Source: Arenimonas sp. (GTDB lineage Bacteria > Pseudomonadota > Alphaproteobacteria > Rhizobiales > Rhizobiaceae). From it: a stretch of 64,000 bases of DNA. The position numbers were made by a program, and so were the translations under genes. The DNA is taken from NCBI GenBank assembly GCA_019459145.1, contig JAIBEK010000060.1:34759-98758 (forward strand), given 5' to 3'. Positions 44,391 through 53,116 of this stretch are shown here, one piece after another; position 1 is the stretch's first letter, and every line of letters begins with the position of its first letter. The notes under the pieces were generated by a model. The model ran no database searches, had not been told where the DNA came from, and worked only from the letters and a program-made list of their open reading frames with translations.

Positions 44391-45797
44391 ATGGCCGACT
44401 ACCAGCAGATCAAAAAGGAACTCGAGGGCATTGCGGTCGAGGACAATCCGGCGCTCGTCAAGCAGAAGAGCCGGGACTTCTATTGGTACTCGCCGATCCT
44501 CAAAGCCCAACTCGACAATGTCGTCGGAGACCTCGTGGTATCGCCGAAAAGCGAAGAGGAGGTCATCCGCACCCTGAAGGTGGCCTATGCCCACGGCGTG
44601 CCGGTCACGCCGCGCGGCGGCGGCACCGGCAATTACGGCCAGGCCATGCCGCTCTCCGGCGGGATCATCCTCAACCTGATGAACATGAACAAGATCAAGG
44701 CGATCCATCCGGGTCGGGTGATCTGCGAGCCGGGTGTCATCGTCTCCGAACTCGACCGACAGACCAAGGCCCATTCCGGCCAGGAACTGCGCTTTCATCC
44801 CTCGACCGCCCAGACCGCGACCATCGCCGGCTTCATCGCCGGCGGCTCCGGCGGCGTCGGCTCGATCACCTGGGGTGGCTTGCGCGATCTCGGCAACATT
44901 CTGCGCCTGCGCGTCGTCACCATGGAAGCCGAACCGCGCGTGCTCGAACTCTCGGCCTGGGACCTGCAGAAGGTCTCCCATGCCTATGGCACCAACGGCA
45001 TCATCACCGAAGTCGAAATGCCGCTGGCGCCTGCCTATGAATGGGTCGACGTCATCGTCGGCTATGACGATTTCATGGACGCGGTGCGTTTCGCCGATGC
45101 GCTGACCCATCGCAACGGCATCCTGTTGAAGGAAGTCGCGCCGATCGCCGCGCCGGTGCCTTACGAGTATTTCACCCGCCACAAGCCCTGGCTGAAGGAA
45201 GGCCAGTCGGTCGTCGTGCTGATGGTCGCGCCGCATTCGATGGAACCGTTTTCCGCCTATGTCGACAAGATGAAGGGCGAGATCCGCTTCCGCTCCGACA
45301 CGGTCGACAGCATGAAGGGCATTCCGCACGCCTATGAGCTGGCCTGGAACCACACCACGCTGCGAGCCCTCAAGCTCGATCCCGGCTTCACCTATCTGCA
45401 GGTGCAATATCCGGGTCCGGACCATGTCGATAAGGTCGGGAAACTGGTGGAGATCTTCGGCGACGAGGTAATCGGCCACCTCGAATTCATCAAGTTCGAC
45501 GGCGCGATCCAGTGCTCCGGTCTGCCGCTGGTGCGCTACACCACGCCGGAACGGCTGGAGGAGATCATCAGGATCCACGAGGACAATGGCTGCCCGATCT
45601 TCAACCCCCACCGCTATACGCTGGAGGAAGGGGGCATGAAGCAGACGGACACGGTTCAACTCGCCTTCAAGAAGGAGACCGATCCGAAGGGCCTGCTCAA
45701 CCCCGGCAAGATGATCGCCTGGGACAATCCCGATTTCGACTTCAAGGCCGGCAAGAACTACCTCTTCCCCGGTCTCCAGGCATTCATGGAGACCTGA
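44391..45797 (+). CDS. FAD-binding (FAD_binding_4 / vanillyl-alcohol-oxidase-type) oxidoreductase
   Basis: 468-aa ORF starting 3 nt after the deaminase gene. VTPRGGGTGNYGQAMP and TIAGFIAGGSGGVGS motifs. Confidence 0.78.
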   Translation: MADYQQIKKELEGIAVEDNPALVKQKSRDFYWYSPILKAQLDNVVGDLVVSPKSEEEVIRTLKVAYAHGVPVTPRGGGTGNYGQAMPLSGGIILNLMNMNKIKAIHPGRVICEPGVIVSELDRQTKAHSGQELRFHPSTAQTATIAGFIAGGSGGVGSITWGGLRDLGNILRLRVVTMEAEPRVLELSAWDLQKVSHAYGTNGIITEVEMPLAPAYEWVDVIVGYDDFMDAVRFADALTHRNGILLKEVAPIAAPVPYEYFTRHKPWLKEGQSVVVLMVAPHSMEPFSAYVDKMKGEIRFRSDTVDSMKGIPHAYELAWNHTTLRALKLDPGFTYLQVQYPGPDHVDKVGKLVEIFGDEVIGHLEFIKFDGAIQCSGLPLVRYTTPERLEEIIRIHEDNGCPIFNPHRYTLEEGGMKQTDTVQLAFKKETDPKGLLNPGKMIAWDNPDFDFKAGKNYLFPGLQAFMET

Positions 45798-45996
45798 TAC
45801 CGCCACAACAGACAGAACATCCGAAGGTACTCCCGATCGAGGCTGGCAAACGGCCTCGACGCATGGAAACGACCATGGTGCTCAAAGGCCCGGCTATGGC
45901 GGCGGGCCGTTGATCATCGGGACAAACGGCGCGGAAAATTTTCACTCAAAGCTCGGCGGCATTAGGTGCCGGGCGACGACATGGAGCTTTTCTGAA

Positions 45997-46578
45997 ATGC
46001 GCGTACTTGTCCTGCACTCCCATCCGCTTGACGAAAGCTACGGGCGGGCGCTCTATCGCCAGACCTGCGAGAGCCTGACCAAGGCCGGCCACGAGGTCGA
46101 TGGCTGCAATCTCTATGAGGAAGGCTTCGACCCGGTCCTCTCGGCCCACGACCGCACCGTCTATCACGACTATCCGGAAAACACCGTGCTGGTCAAATCC
46201 CATGTCGAGCGGCTGAAGGCGGCGGAAGGCCTGGTGATCGTCACCCCGGTCTGGAACTTCGGCTTCCCGGCCATGCTCAAGGGCTATTTCGACCGCGTCT
46301 GGGTCAAGGGCGTATCCTTCGACCTGGAGGACGGCAAGCTGACGCCGACGCTGCGCCACATCAAGAAGCTTGCCGCGGTGATGACCTATGGGGCAACCCC
46401 CTGGCGTGCCTTCCTCGTCGGCAATCCGCCTAAGAAGATCGTCACCCGCGTTCTGCGCGCCCAGATCAAGATCGGCGCGCCGGTGAAATATCTCGCCCAT
46501 TACGACATGAACAACTGCACAGACGAGACACGGGCGGCATTCCTCGCCAGGGTTCGCAAGGTGATGGAAGACTTCTGA
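45997..46578 (+). CDS. Flavodoxin-like-fold NAD(P)H dehydrogenase (quinone) family protein
   Basis: The likely start is MRVLVLHSHPLDESYG (ATG 45997). LVIVTPVWNFGFPAMLKGYFDRV motif. Confidence 0.75.
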   Translation: MRVLVLHSHPLDESYGRALYRQTCESLTKAGHEVDGCNLYEEGFDPVLSAHDRTVYHDYPENTVLVKSHVERLKAAEGLVIVTPVWNFGFPAMLKGYFDRVWVKGVSFDLEDGKLTPTLRHIKKLAAVMTYGATPWRAFLVGNPPKKIVTRVLRAQIKIGAPVKYLAHYDMNNCTDETRAAFLARVRKVMEDF

Positions 46579-46644
46579 TCACGAAAAAAGCCGACCCCCG
46601 CATGGGGAGCCGGCCTTTTGCACGAAGCTGGGCAGCGAGGGGGG

Positions 46645-47013
46645 TTACTGGCCAGCCGGGGCGGGGGTGGTCGACGGAGCCGGAGCGGCCGGAGCAGCCG
46701 GAGCGGCATCGGTCGAAGGAGCCGGCGTGGCCGGGGCGGCCGGAGCCGGGGCGGCATCGGTTGCCGGGGCCGGTTCGGTGGCCGGTGCCGTGCTCGTCGG
46801 TGCGGTCACATCGACATCGACCGTATCGCCGTTCAGCGAAAAGTCGGTGAACATGAAGACGGCACCGATACCGAGCGCGACGGCGACGAGAAGGGCGACG
46901 ACCCAGCCGGAGCCGCTGCGCTCGTTGTTGACGACGGTGGTTCCGCGGTCCGCCGGATTTCTCGGGTCCTGCGGATGGACGGGACGGGTGGTATTGCTCT
47001 GATAGTCAGTCAT
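46645..47013 (-). CDS. Small single-pass membrane protein with Ala/Pro/Thr-rich C-terminal tail
   Basis: 122-aa ORF. TM helix GWVVALLVAVALGIGAVFMF, then TAPTSTAPATEPAPATDAAPAPAAPATPAP... low-complexity sequence. The codon pattern fits this strand better than the antisense ORFs. Confidence 0.5.
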   Translation of the reverse strand: MTDYQSNTTRPVHPQDPRNPADRGTTVVNNERSGSGWVVALLVAVALGIGAVFMFTDFSLNGDTVDVDVTAPTSTAPATEPAPATDAAPAPAAPATPAPSTDAAPAAPAAPAPSTTPAPAGQ

Positions 47014-47030
47014 GTCTGGTCTCCTCGGTT

Positions 47031-47330
47031 TCAGCGCCCAAGATCGAGCGCGAGGGTCGGATCGGGGAAAAAGCGTGGGCCGACCCGGCGAATGTTCAGT
47101 CTGTCCTCGGGGATCGGACGCGGTGCGAACATATCGCCCGGCCGATGGCTTGCGACATTCTGCGGCTCCTCATGAAGTGCCGCTTCGACCCGCCACCCGG
47201 CTGCTTGCGCCTCCGGCTGATAGGCGACCGCCACTTCCGGGCGATCTATCGATTGACTTGCGGCCTTCACCGAAAGGGCGACGGAAAGACCGATAACTAA
47301 CGCACTTAGCGCGAGGACCGACGTTTTCAT
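47031..47330 (-). CDS. Small secreted protein of unknown function
   Basis: The likely start is MKTSVLALSALVIGLSVALSVKAA (signal peptide; ATG 47330). 99 aa. Lies 17 nt upstream of the next gene on the same strand. Confidence 0.45.
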   Translation of the reverse strand: MKTSVLALSALVIGLSVALSVKAASQSIDRPEVAVAYQPEAQAAGWRVEAALHEEPQNVASHRPGDMFAPRPIPEDRLNIRRVGPRFFPDPTLALDLGR

Positions 47331-47417
47331 CGCCCGCTCCTTATTAAGGGTTACAGAATGTTCAAATGGTGGCGGATGGCGCCGGGCAGCTTCGCCGCCC
47401 GGCATCATCAGGGTTCG

Positions 47418-47816
47418 TTACTCGACGACCTGAACGACCACATGGGTCTGCGGATCGACGATGACGCGCTGGTTGTTGACCACCGCATAGGCATAGGTCG
47501 GGTCGTCAGCGACGGGGGTCAGCACGACCGTCTGCGGGATCGGCTTGCCGACGACGATCGGCTGCTCGATGACGACCGTCTCGGCCGGAACCGGCTGTTC
47601 GCGAACATAGGTCACGACCGGAGCCGGCGGCGGGGCGACGGCAGTGCCGGCGATGGCGCCAACGACGCCGCCGACGGCTGCACCGACCGGACCACCGACG
47701 ATCGCGCCGGTTACGGCACCCCCGGCTGCACCGGTTACGGTGCCTTCCTGTGCGATAGCGGGAACGGCGATCGAGCTCAGCACGATGGCGCTAACGGCAA
47801 GAATCTTGGTCTTCAT
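47418..47816 (-). CDS. DUF1236-like secreted protein with glycine-zipper segment
   Basis: 132-aa ORF. Signal peptide MKTKILAVSAIVLSSIAVPAIA. GAAGGAVTGAIVGGPVGAAVGGVVGAIAG. C-terminal YAYAVVNNQRVIVDPQTHVVVQV. Confidence 0.7.
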   Translation of the reverse strand: MKTKILAVSAIVLSSIAVPAIAQEGTVTGAAGGAVTGAIVGGPVGAAVGGVVGAIAGTAVAPPPAPVVTYVREQPVPAETVVIEQPIVVGKPIPQTVVLTPVADDPTYAYAVVNNQRVIVDPQTHVVVQVVE

Positions 47817-47855
47817 GGCGGTATCCTTTCAAGTTGATGAGCCATTGACCGTAAG

Positions 47856-47880
47856 AACTTGCGGGGCTCCCTTTTGTTCC
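47856..47880 (-). promoter_or_regulatory. Candidate EcfG (general stress response sigma)-type promoter GGAAC-N16-AGTT upstream of the DUF1236 gene
   Basis: Minus strand GGAAC (47880..47876), 16-nt spacer, AGTT (47859..47856). The consensus is GGAAC-N16/17-CGTT, so there is one mismatch in the -10. Lies ~40 nt upstream of the ATG at 47816. Confidence 0.3.
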
Positions 47881-47979
47881 TGAAAATACCCTTCGAATGG
47901 TGGGGGAAAGTCCGCGGTTACACGGAAATGTCCTGCAAGCAGCCGCCAGCAGGCATTCAACGCCGCAAATGCGGGCGTT

Positions 47980-48369
47980 TCAGACGAGTTTTGCCGCCGT
48001 AACCTCGACCTCGACGAGGAATTCCGGCCGGGTGAAGCCGCCGACCACGAGCAGTGTCGATACGGGCTTCGGTTCCAGCGTGTAACGATCGCGAACCGCC
48101 ATATAGGCAGGAAAATCCTCCCGCCGGGTGACGAAGCCCGAAATCCGCACGACGTCGGCAAAACTCATCCCGGCCTCCTCCAGAATGGCCTTGATCGCTT
48201 CGAAGCACAGTTCCGCCTGGCCGGTCACATCATCGGGAATGCTGTCGTCAGGACGAATGCCCAACTGGCCGGAGGTCACCAGCAGGCTCGCGCCCGGCGG
48301 CACGAGCAGGCCGTGATTGTAGTGTCCGAAGGGGGGGCGAACGGAGGGCGGATTGAAGACGCGTTTCAT
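47980..48369 (-). CDS. RidA/YjgF-family reactive-intermediate deaminase
   Basis: The likely start is MKRVFNPPS (ATG 48369). LLVTSGQLG, FADVVRISGFV and VEVEVTAA are typical of RidA-family proteins. Confidence 0.8.
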   Translation of the reverse strand: MKRVFNPPSVRPPFGHYNHGLLVPPGASLLVTSGQLGIRPDDSIPDDVTGQAELCFEAIKAILEEAGMSFADVVRISGFVTRREDFPAYMAVRDRYTLEPKPVSTLLVVGGFTRPEFLVEVEVTAAKLV

Positions 48370-48502
48370 CGGACAGTCATTTCCTGGAGGTTTGCGGGCG
48401 GATTGCACCCGCAGTTAATCGGCAAGCTCAAGCGGCTGCAAGACCGGCCGCAACCTCATCCGCGCGCCGCAAGCCGGAGGCGCTGGCTCATTCGGCGGGA
48501 GC

Positions 48503-49789
48503 TCACCCCTCGAGACCGTCGAGCATGCGGCGCCAGGCAATCGCAACATCGGCGCCGATCGCGCGAAGTGCATGAAACGGGATCGGCCGGATCGGCGACA
48601 GCGGAAAAGGCAAGGCGGCCGGATCACCGCTTTGAATGTAATCGACCAGACGCGGCCCGAGCGCGGTCATCAATCCGACGCCCCGTCCCTGGCACCCGGC
48701 AATGGCAAGAAGACCCTTGTCCGGCTCATGAACATGCGGAAGGTGGTCCGGCGTCATCGACACGCGACCGGACCAGCGATGTTCGACGGCAATTCCCTCG
48801 AGCGACGGAAAGAGGCGGACCATCGCCCTCTGCAGATGGTCAAAGTCCGCCTCGCTTTTCGGCGCGCCCATCCGGCCGCGCCCGCCAAAAACCAGGCGGC
48901 CCTCCGGGCTCTTGCGGTAGTAGACCGAGATACGGCGACTGTCGGCGACGGCCTGTCCGTGCGGCAGGATGGTCTCCCGAAGATCCGCCGGCAAGGGCGC
49001 GGTGGCGATCTGGAAGGACTGCAGCGGCAGGAGGCTTCGCGAAAGCCCCGCAACCAGCCGGTCGGAATAGGCATTTGTGGCGACCACGACCGAGCGAGCC
49101 CTGACGGGATGTCCCGCCGACGTGTCGACCTGCCAGTCCGCCCCTTCCCGCCGCACTCGGATCGCCCTCGTATCCGTGGCAATCCGGGCACCGGCCTGTG
49201 CCGCCAGGCGTGCCAGTTCGAGAACGAAAGCCAGCGGGTCGATCGTACCGCCGCGGCGATCGAGCCAGCCACCGAGATAGCCGCTCGCCCCGGTGAGCAG
49301 CGCCACTTCCGCGCCGTTCAGCAGCGTCACATCGGCGCCCCGCACCTGCCATTGACGATTGCGTTCTTCGGCGGCCGCAAGTGCGGCAGGTGTGTGGGCG
49401 GCCTGGATCCAGCCGGAACGGACCTGTTCGACGTCCAGTCCCTCGGTGTGGATCAGGTCGAAAACCGCATCGGCGGTGCCGGCGGCAAAATCGATCAGCG
49501 CGGAGCCTCGGGTTTCGCCGAAATGGCGCAGCAGCCATTCCGGATCGTGTTTCAGGCCGGCAATCACCTGTCCGCCATTGAGGCCCGACGCTCCCTCGCC
49601 CAGTTTGCCGGCCTCGATCACCCGAACCGAGAGGCCCCTGCCTGCCGCCGCATAGGCCGTCGAAAGCCCCTGTAGGCCACCGCCGACGACGGCCAGGTCG
49701 ACGCGCTCCGGCGCGGAAATCGGTTCACCGGCCAACAGGGCGCGCGGCGACCGCCGCCAGACTGGCTGCGAAAAATGCAACGGGTTCAT
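48503..49789 (-). CDS. FAD-dependent oxidoreductase (DAO family; PuuB/amine-oxidase-like)
   Basis: 428-aa ORF with N-terminal dinucleotide fold DLAVVGGGLQGLSTAYAAAGRGLSVRVIEA. Confidence 0.8.
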   Translation of the reverse strand: MNPLHFSQPVWRRSPRALLAGEPISAPERVDLAVVGGGLQGLSTAYAAAGRGLSVRVIEAGKLGEGASGLNGGQVIAGLKHDPEWLLRHFGETRGSALIDFAAGTADAVFDLIHTEGLDVEQVRSGWIQAAHTPAALAAAEERNRQWQVRGADVTLLNGAEVALLTGASGYLGGWLDRRGGTIDPLAFVLELARLAAQAGARIATDTRAIRVRREGADWQVDTSAGHPVRARSVVVATNAYSDRLVAGLSRSLLPLQSFQIATAPLPADLRETILPHGQAVADSRRISVYYRKSPEGRLVFGGRGRMGAPKSEADFDHLQRAMVRLFPSLEGIAVEHRWSGRVSMTPDHLPHVHEPDKGLLAIAGCQGRGVGLMTALGPRLVDYIQSGDPAALPFPLSPIRPIPFHALRAIGADVAIAWRRMLDGLEG

Positions 49790-49865
49790 GCCATTACGTC
49801 CTGAAAAATGCTCTCAAAAATCAGGACGCATGCTGGACCTGGCAAAGGGCAAAATCAATAAAATT

Positions 49866-50603
49866 TTAGGGAGTATACGAAGGGTCCGCTACACCTTCAG
49901 GGTCGGACCGGAGCGGCACATCCGGCAGCCGCCAGTCGATCGGCGCGAGCCCCCGCGAGACGAGGAATTCATTCGCCCTGGAGAAATGCCGGCAGCCGAA
50001 AAAGCCGTTATGCGCCGAAAGCGGCGAGGGATGCGGCGCCTTTAGAACCAGATGGCGCTTGCCATCGACGAAAGCCGCCTTCTTCTGCGCATAGGAACCC
50101 CAGAGCATGAAGACGACATTGTCGCATTCGTCGTTGACGGCCCGGATGACCGCATCGGTGAAGCGCTCCCAGCCTCGGCCCTGATGGGCGCCCGCGCGCG
50201 CCTCCTCGACGGTCAACACGCTGTTGAGCAGCAACACGCCCTGTCGCGCCCAGCTCTCGAGGAAGCCATGGGACGCGCGCGGGATGCCCAGATCGCTCTC
50301 CATCTCCTTGTAGATGTTGACCAGCGACGGGGGAATGCGCACGCCGGGCCTGACGCTGAAGCACAAGCCATGGGCCTGTCCAGCGCCGTGATAGGGGTCC
50401 TGGCCGAGAATGACGACCCGCACGCGAGAAAGCGGCGTCAGGTCGAGGGCGCGGAAATACTCGGCTCCCTTGGGAAAGATTCGCTTGCCGTCGCCCTTCT
50501 CGGCCAGCAGGAAGTCCCTGAGCTGGCTCATGTAGGGACTTGCGAATTCCGGCCCCAGCACCCTCTTCCAGCTTTCCTCGAGACGAACATCAGAAGCGTT
50601 CAT
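49866..50603 (-). CDS. ung: Uracil-DNA glycosylase (family 1)
   Basis: 245-aa [25 protein letters not shown] (catalytic water-activating loop), [16 protein letters not shown]. Confidence 0.92.
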   Translation of the reverse strand: MNASDVRLEESWKRVLGPEFASPYMSQLRDFLLAEKGDGKRIFPKGAEYFRALDLTPLSRVRVVILGQDPYHGAGQAHGLCFSVRPGVRIPPSLVNIYKEMESDLGIPRASHGFLESWARQGVLLLNSVLTVEEARAGAHQGRGWERFTDAVIRAVNDECDNVVFMLWGSYAQKKAAFVDGKRHLVLKAPHPSPLSAHNGFFGCRHFSRANEFLVSRGLAPIDWRLPDVPLRSDPEGVADPSYTP

Positions 50604-50659
50604 TGCCGCAGCGTGCCTTTTCCGTTTAGATGATCGCGGACGATTGAAAGCCGGAGACT

Positions 50660-51070
50660 ATGGCTGTCAAGTCCGGCCGCGGGCGACAGGGAGAATTCGG
50701 TGGGGAACAACGGTTGAAGGCTCTCGCGATACTGTGGCAGCGCCATCGCATCCTACTCGCAGCCTTTTTCGGCGCAACGCTGATCGCGCTGTTCTTCGCC
50801 ACTCGTTTCGTTATCTCGGTCGCCTATTGGAGTGATCCCGCCCATCGCGATCAGCCGCTGCAGGGCTGGATGACGATCGGCTACGTCTCGCGCTCCTATG
50901 ACGTGCCGCGCGACGCGCTGGCCGAAGCCCTGGGGCTTGCGCCACCCGAAAAGGGCAAGCGCCCGACGCTCGACCGGTTGGCGCGCGAGCGCGGTCAGCC
51001 GTGGGACGCATTCGAGCGGGACATCAAGGCGGCCATCGCCCGGCTGAGGACAGAAGAGGCGCCGCGATGA
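50660..51070 (+). CDS. Small membrane-anchored protein of unknown function
   Basis: 136-aa ORF with one TM helix (ILLAAFFGATLIALFFATRFVI). Its stop overlaps the dedA-like start (ATGA). Confidence 0.5.
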   Translation: MAVKSGRGRQGEFGGEQRLKALAILWQRHRILLAAFFGATLIALFFATRFVISVAYWSDPAHRDQPLQGWMTIGYVSRSYDVPRDALAEALGLAPPEKGKRPTLDRLARERGQPWDAFERDIKAAIARLRTEEAPR

Positions 51071-51669
51071 CGGAGCAGTTGCTGGCGCTTCTGCCCATTT
51101 ACGGACTGCCCCTGCTCGCAGCCGTCACCGGCTTGAGCTGCCTTGGCCTGCCGCTTCCGGCCTCGATCGTCATGATGCTGATGGGTGCCTTTGCCGCCGC
51201 CGGGGATTTCAACCTGACGGCGGTTTTCCTGACGGCGCTTGGCGCGGCGGTGCTCGGCGACCAGACGGGCTTTGCCATCGGTCGGCTGGGCGGCGGCGCC
51301 ATCGTCTCACGCCTGGCAAGAACCCCGACCAAGCAGCAGGCGCTCGCCAGCGCCCAAAAGCGGATCGACACCCATGGCGCGGTTGCCGTTTTCCTCACCC
51401 GTTGGCTGCTCGCCCCGCTCGGCCCCTATGTCAACCTGCTCGCCGGCGCTACGGCCTTTTCCTGGGCGCGCTTCACCTTTTACGGCGTGACCGGCGAGCT
51501 CTTCTGGGTGGGCGGCTATACCGGCCTCGGCGTGACCTTCAGCGACAATGTCATGAGCATTGCCGAAATCGTCGGCGATCTCAGCGGCTTCCTCGCCGCC
51601 GGCGTCATCGCGCTCTACCTGGGCTGGCGCATCGTACGCATCGTGCGAAACAGCGAGAGCAGGGCCTAG
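51067..51669 (+). CDS. DedA-family membrane protein
   Basis: The likely start is MTEQLLALLPIYG (ATG 51067) within track ORF 51001..51669. DedA motifs GLPLPASIVMMLMGAF and VFLTRWLLAPLGPYVNLLAG. Confidence 0.78.
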   Translation: MTEQLLALLPIYGLPLLAAVTGLSCLGLPLPASIVMMLMGAFAAAGDFNLTAVFLTALGAAVLGDQTGFAIGRLGGGAIVSRLARTPTKQQALASAQKRIDTHGAVAVFLTRWLLAPLGPYVNLLAGATAFSWARFTFYGVTGELFWVGGYTGLGVTFSDNVMSIAEIVGDLSGFLAAGVIALYLGWRIVRIVRNSESRA

Positions 51670-51742
51670 CGACGCTCCCGGGGCGCGGTGGCCCGAGGTT
51701 CATGACTTGGCGCCCCGGCAACCTGGTTCTATGGTTGCCGAA

Positions 51743-51760
51743 CTGTCATATGCCGGTGCT
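51743..51760 (+). promoter_or_regulatory. Pho-box-like element CTGTCAT-N4-CGGTGCT upstream of the GT21 gene
   Basis: The first 7-mer is a perfect PhoB half-site (CTGTCAT). The second repeat matches 4 of 7 positions at the canonical 11-bp phasing. The element ends 33 nt before the ATG at 51793. Confidence 0.3.
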
Positions 51761-51792
51761 ATGCCGGAGCGCCCCCGCCATGAGGATGTGCC

Positions 51793-52986
51793 ATGACTGT
51801 CTTGTTCTGGATCTGCGCAATCGCCCTTTGCGTTCATCTGCTCAGCATCCTGATCGTCCTGCTGCGCAAGAGGCGGGCGGAACCCGAGAAACCCTGGACG
51901 GTCCGCCCCGCCGTGACCATCCTGAGGCCCTTGTGCGGGCGCGAAAACAATCTCGCCGAGACTCTTGCCTCGACCTTCCGCCTCGACTGGCCCGACTATG
52001 AAGTGGTCTTTTGCGTCGCCTCCCCCAATGATCCTGCCATCAAGATCGCCCGCGACTGCATGGCAGCCCATCCGGACAGGGCGGCGCGGCTGATGGTCGG
52101 TGAGGACCTGTTCAGCGTCAACCCGAAGATGAACAATCTGGTCAAGGGATGGCGCTCGGCCCAGCATGACTGGATCGTCATCGCCGACAGCAATGTGCTG
52201 ATGCCGCGCGACTACCTGCAAAGGCTCTTCATCCGATGGACCGCCGGAACCGGCCTGGTTTGCTCGCCGCCGATCGGCGCGGCACCGCAGGGCTTTGCCG
52301 CGGAACTGGAATGCGCCTGGTTGAACAGCTTCCAGGCGCGCTGGCAACTGCTGGCGGATGCCATCGGCATCGGCTTTGCCCAAGGTAAGTCCATGCTGCT
52401 TAATCGCCAGGTGATGGCGCGCGCCGGCGGCTTCGAGCGCCTCGGCGAGGAAGTGGCCGAGGATGCGGCCGCAACGGATCTGATCCGCGGCCTCGGCCTC
52501 AAGGTGAGGCTGGTGACCGAGCCCTTCGACCAGCCGCTCGGCCGGCGCTCGCTCCTCACCGTCTGGCGGCGGCAGTTGCGCTGGGCCCGTCTGCGCCGCT
52601 CATCCTTCCCGTTGTTCTTTCTGCCGGAACTGCTCGCCGGCGGCGCCCTGCCGATCCTGACGCTGGCCGGCCTTACGGCGGCCGGCATCTGCTCGCCGCT
52701 GACCTTCATGCTCTACGTGCTCGCCTGGTATGGTGGCGAGATCCTGCTGACCCGCACTTTCCATTGGCACATGGGACGCCTGACGCTGCCCGCCATGATC
52801 CTTCGCGATCTCGCTTTGCCGGCCCTCTGGATCACCGCCTGGTTCGGCGATGGCTTCGTCTGGCGCGGCAACCCGATGAGCGTCGCCTCGGGCACGCAGG
52901 AAAGGGCGCCGACCACCGTGCGTATCCGTCGCATCGTCGACAAGACCAAGGCACGCGCCAAGGCATTCACGGCACTGCGCCACTGA
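51793..52986 (+). CDS. GT21-family glycosyltransferase (ceramide glucosyltransferase-like; Pgt-type glycolipid synthase)
   Basis: 397-aa ORF. N-terminal TM helix, VTILRPLCGRENNLAETL, IVIADSNV, GKSMLL..RQLRWARLRR (the GT2/GT21 D,D,D,(Q/R)xxRW pattern), and C-terminal TM helices. Confidence 0.8.
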   Translation: MTVLFWICAIALCVHLLSILIVLLRKRRAEPEKPWTVRPAVTILRPLCGRENNLAETLASTFRLDWPDYEVVFCVASPNDPAIKIARDCMAAHPDRAARLMVGEDLFSVNPKMNNLVKGWRSAQHDWIVIADSNVLMPRDYLQRLFIRWTAGTGLVCSPPIGAAPQGFAAELECAWLNSFQARWQLLADAIGIGFAQGKSMLLNRQVMARAGGFERLGEEVAEDAAATDLIRGLGLKVRLVTEPFDQPLGRRSLLTVWRRQLRWARLRRSSFPLFFLPELLAGGALPILTLAGLTAAGICSPLTFMLYVLAWYGGEILLTRTFHWHMGRLTLPAMILRDLALPALWITAWFGDGFVWRGNPMSVASGTQERAPTTVRIRRIVDKTKARAKAFTALRH

Positions 52987-53116
52987 CTTGAGACGAGCCG
53001 CTACCGACAAGCCGGCTCGCCCGTTTTCGTTGAGAACTTAAAAGGACGGCTATCTCCTCCATGCAGAACGGGGACGGTGCCTTCGCACCGCCCCCGCCCG
53101 CTCGGGAGGTTCCTGC

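Noticed and set aside
46602-47175. Plus-strand ORFs 46618..47175 and 46667..47002 over the Ala/Pro-rich gene
   Set aside because: These are Gly/Arg-rich mirror frames of the low-complexity GC-rich repeat. The minus-strand frame has a proper TM helix and a start context, although even that call is only moderate confidence.
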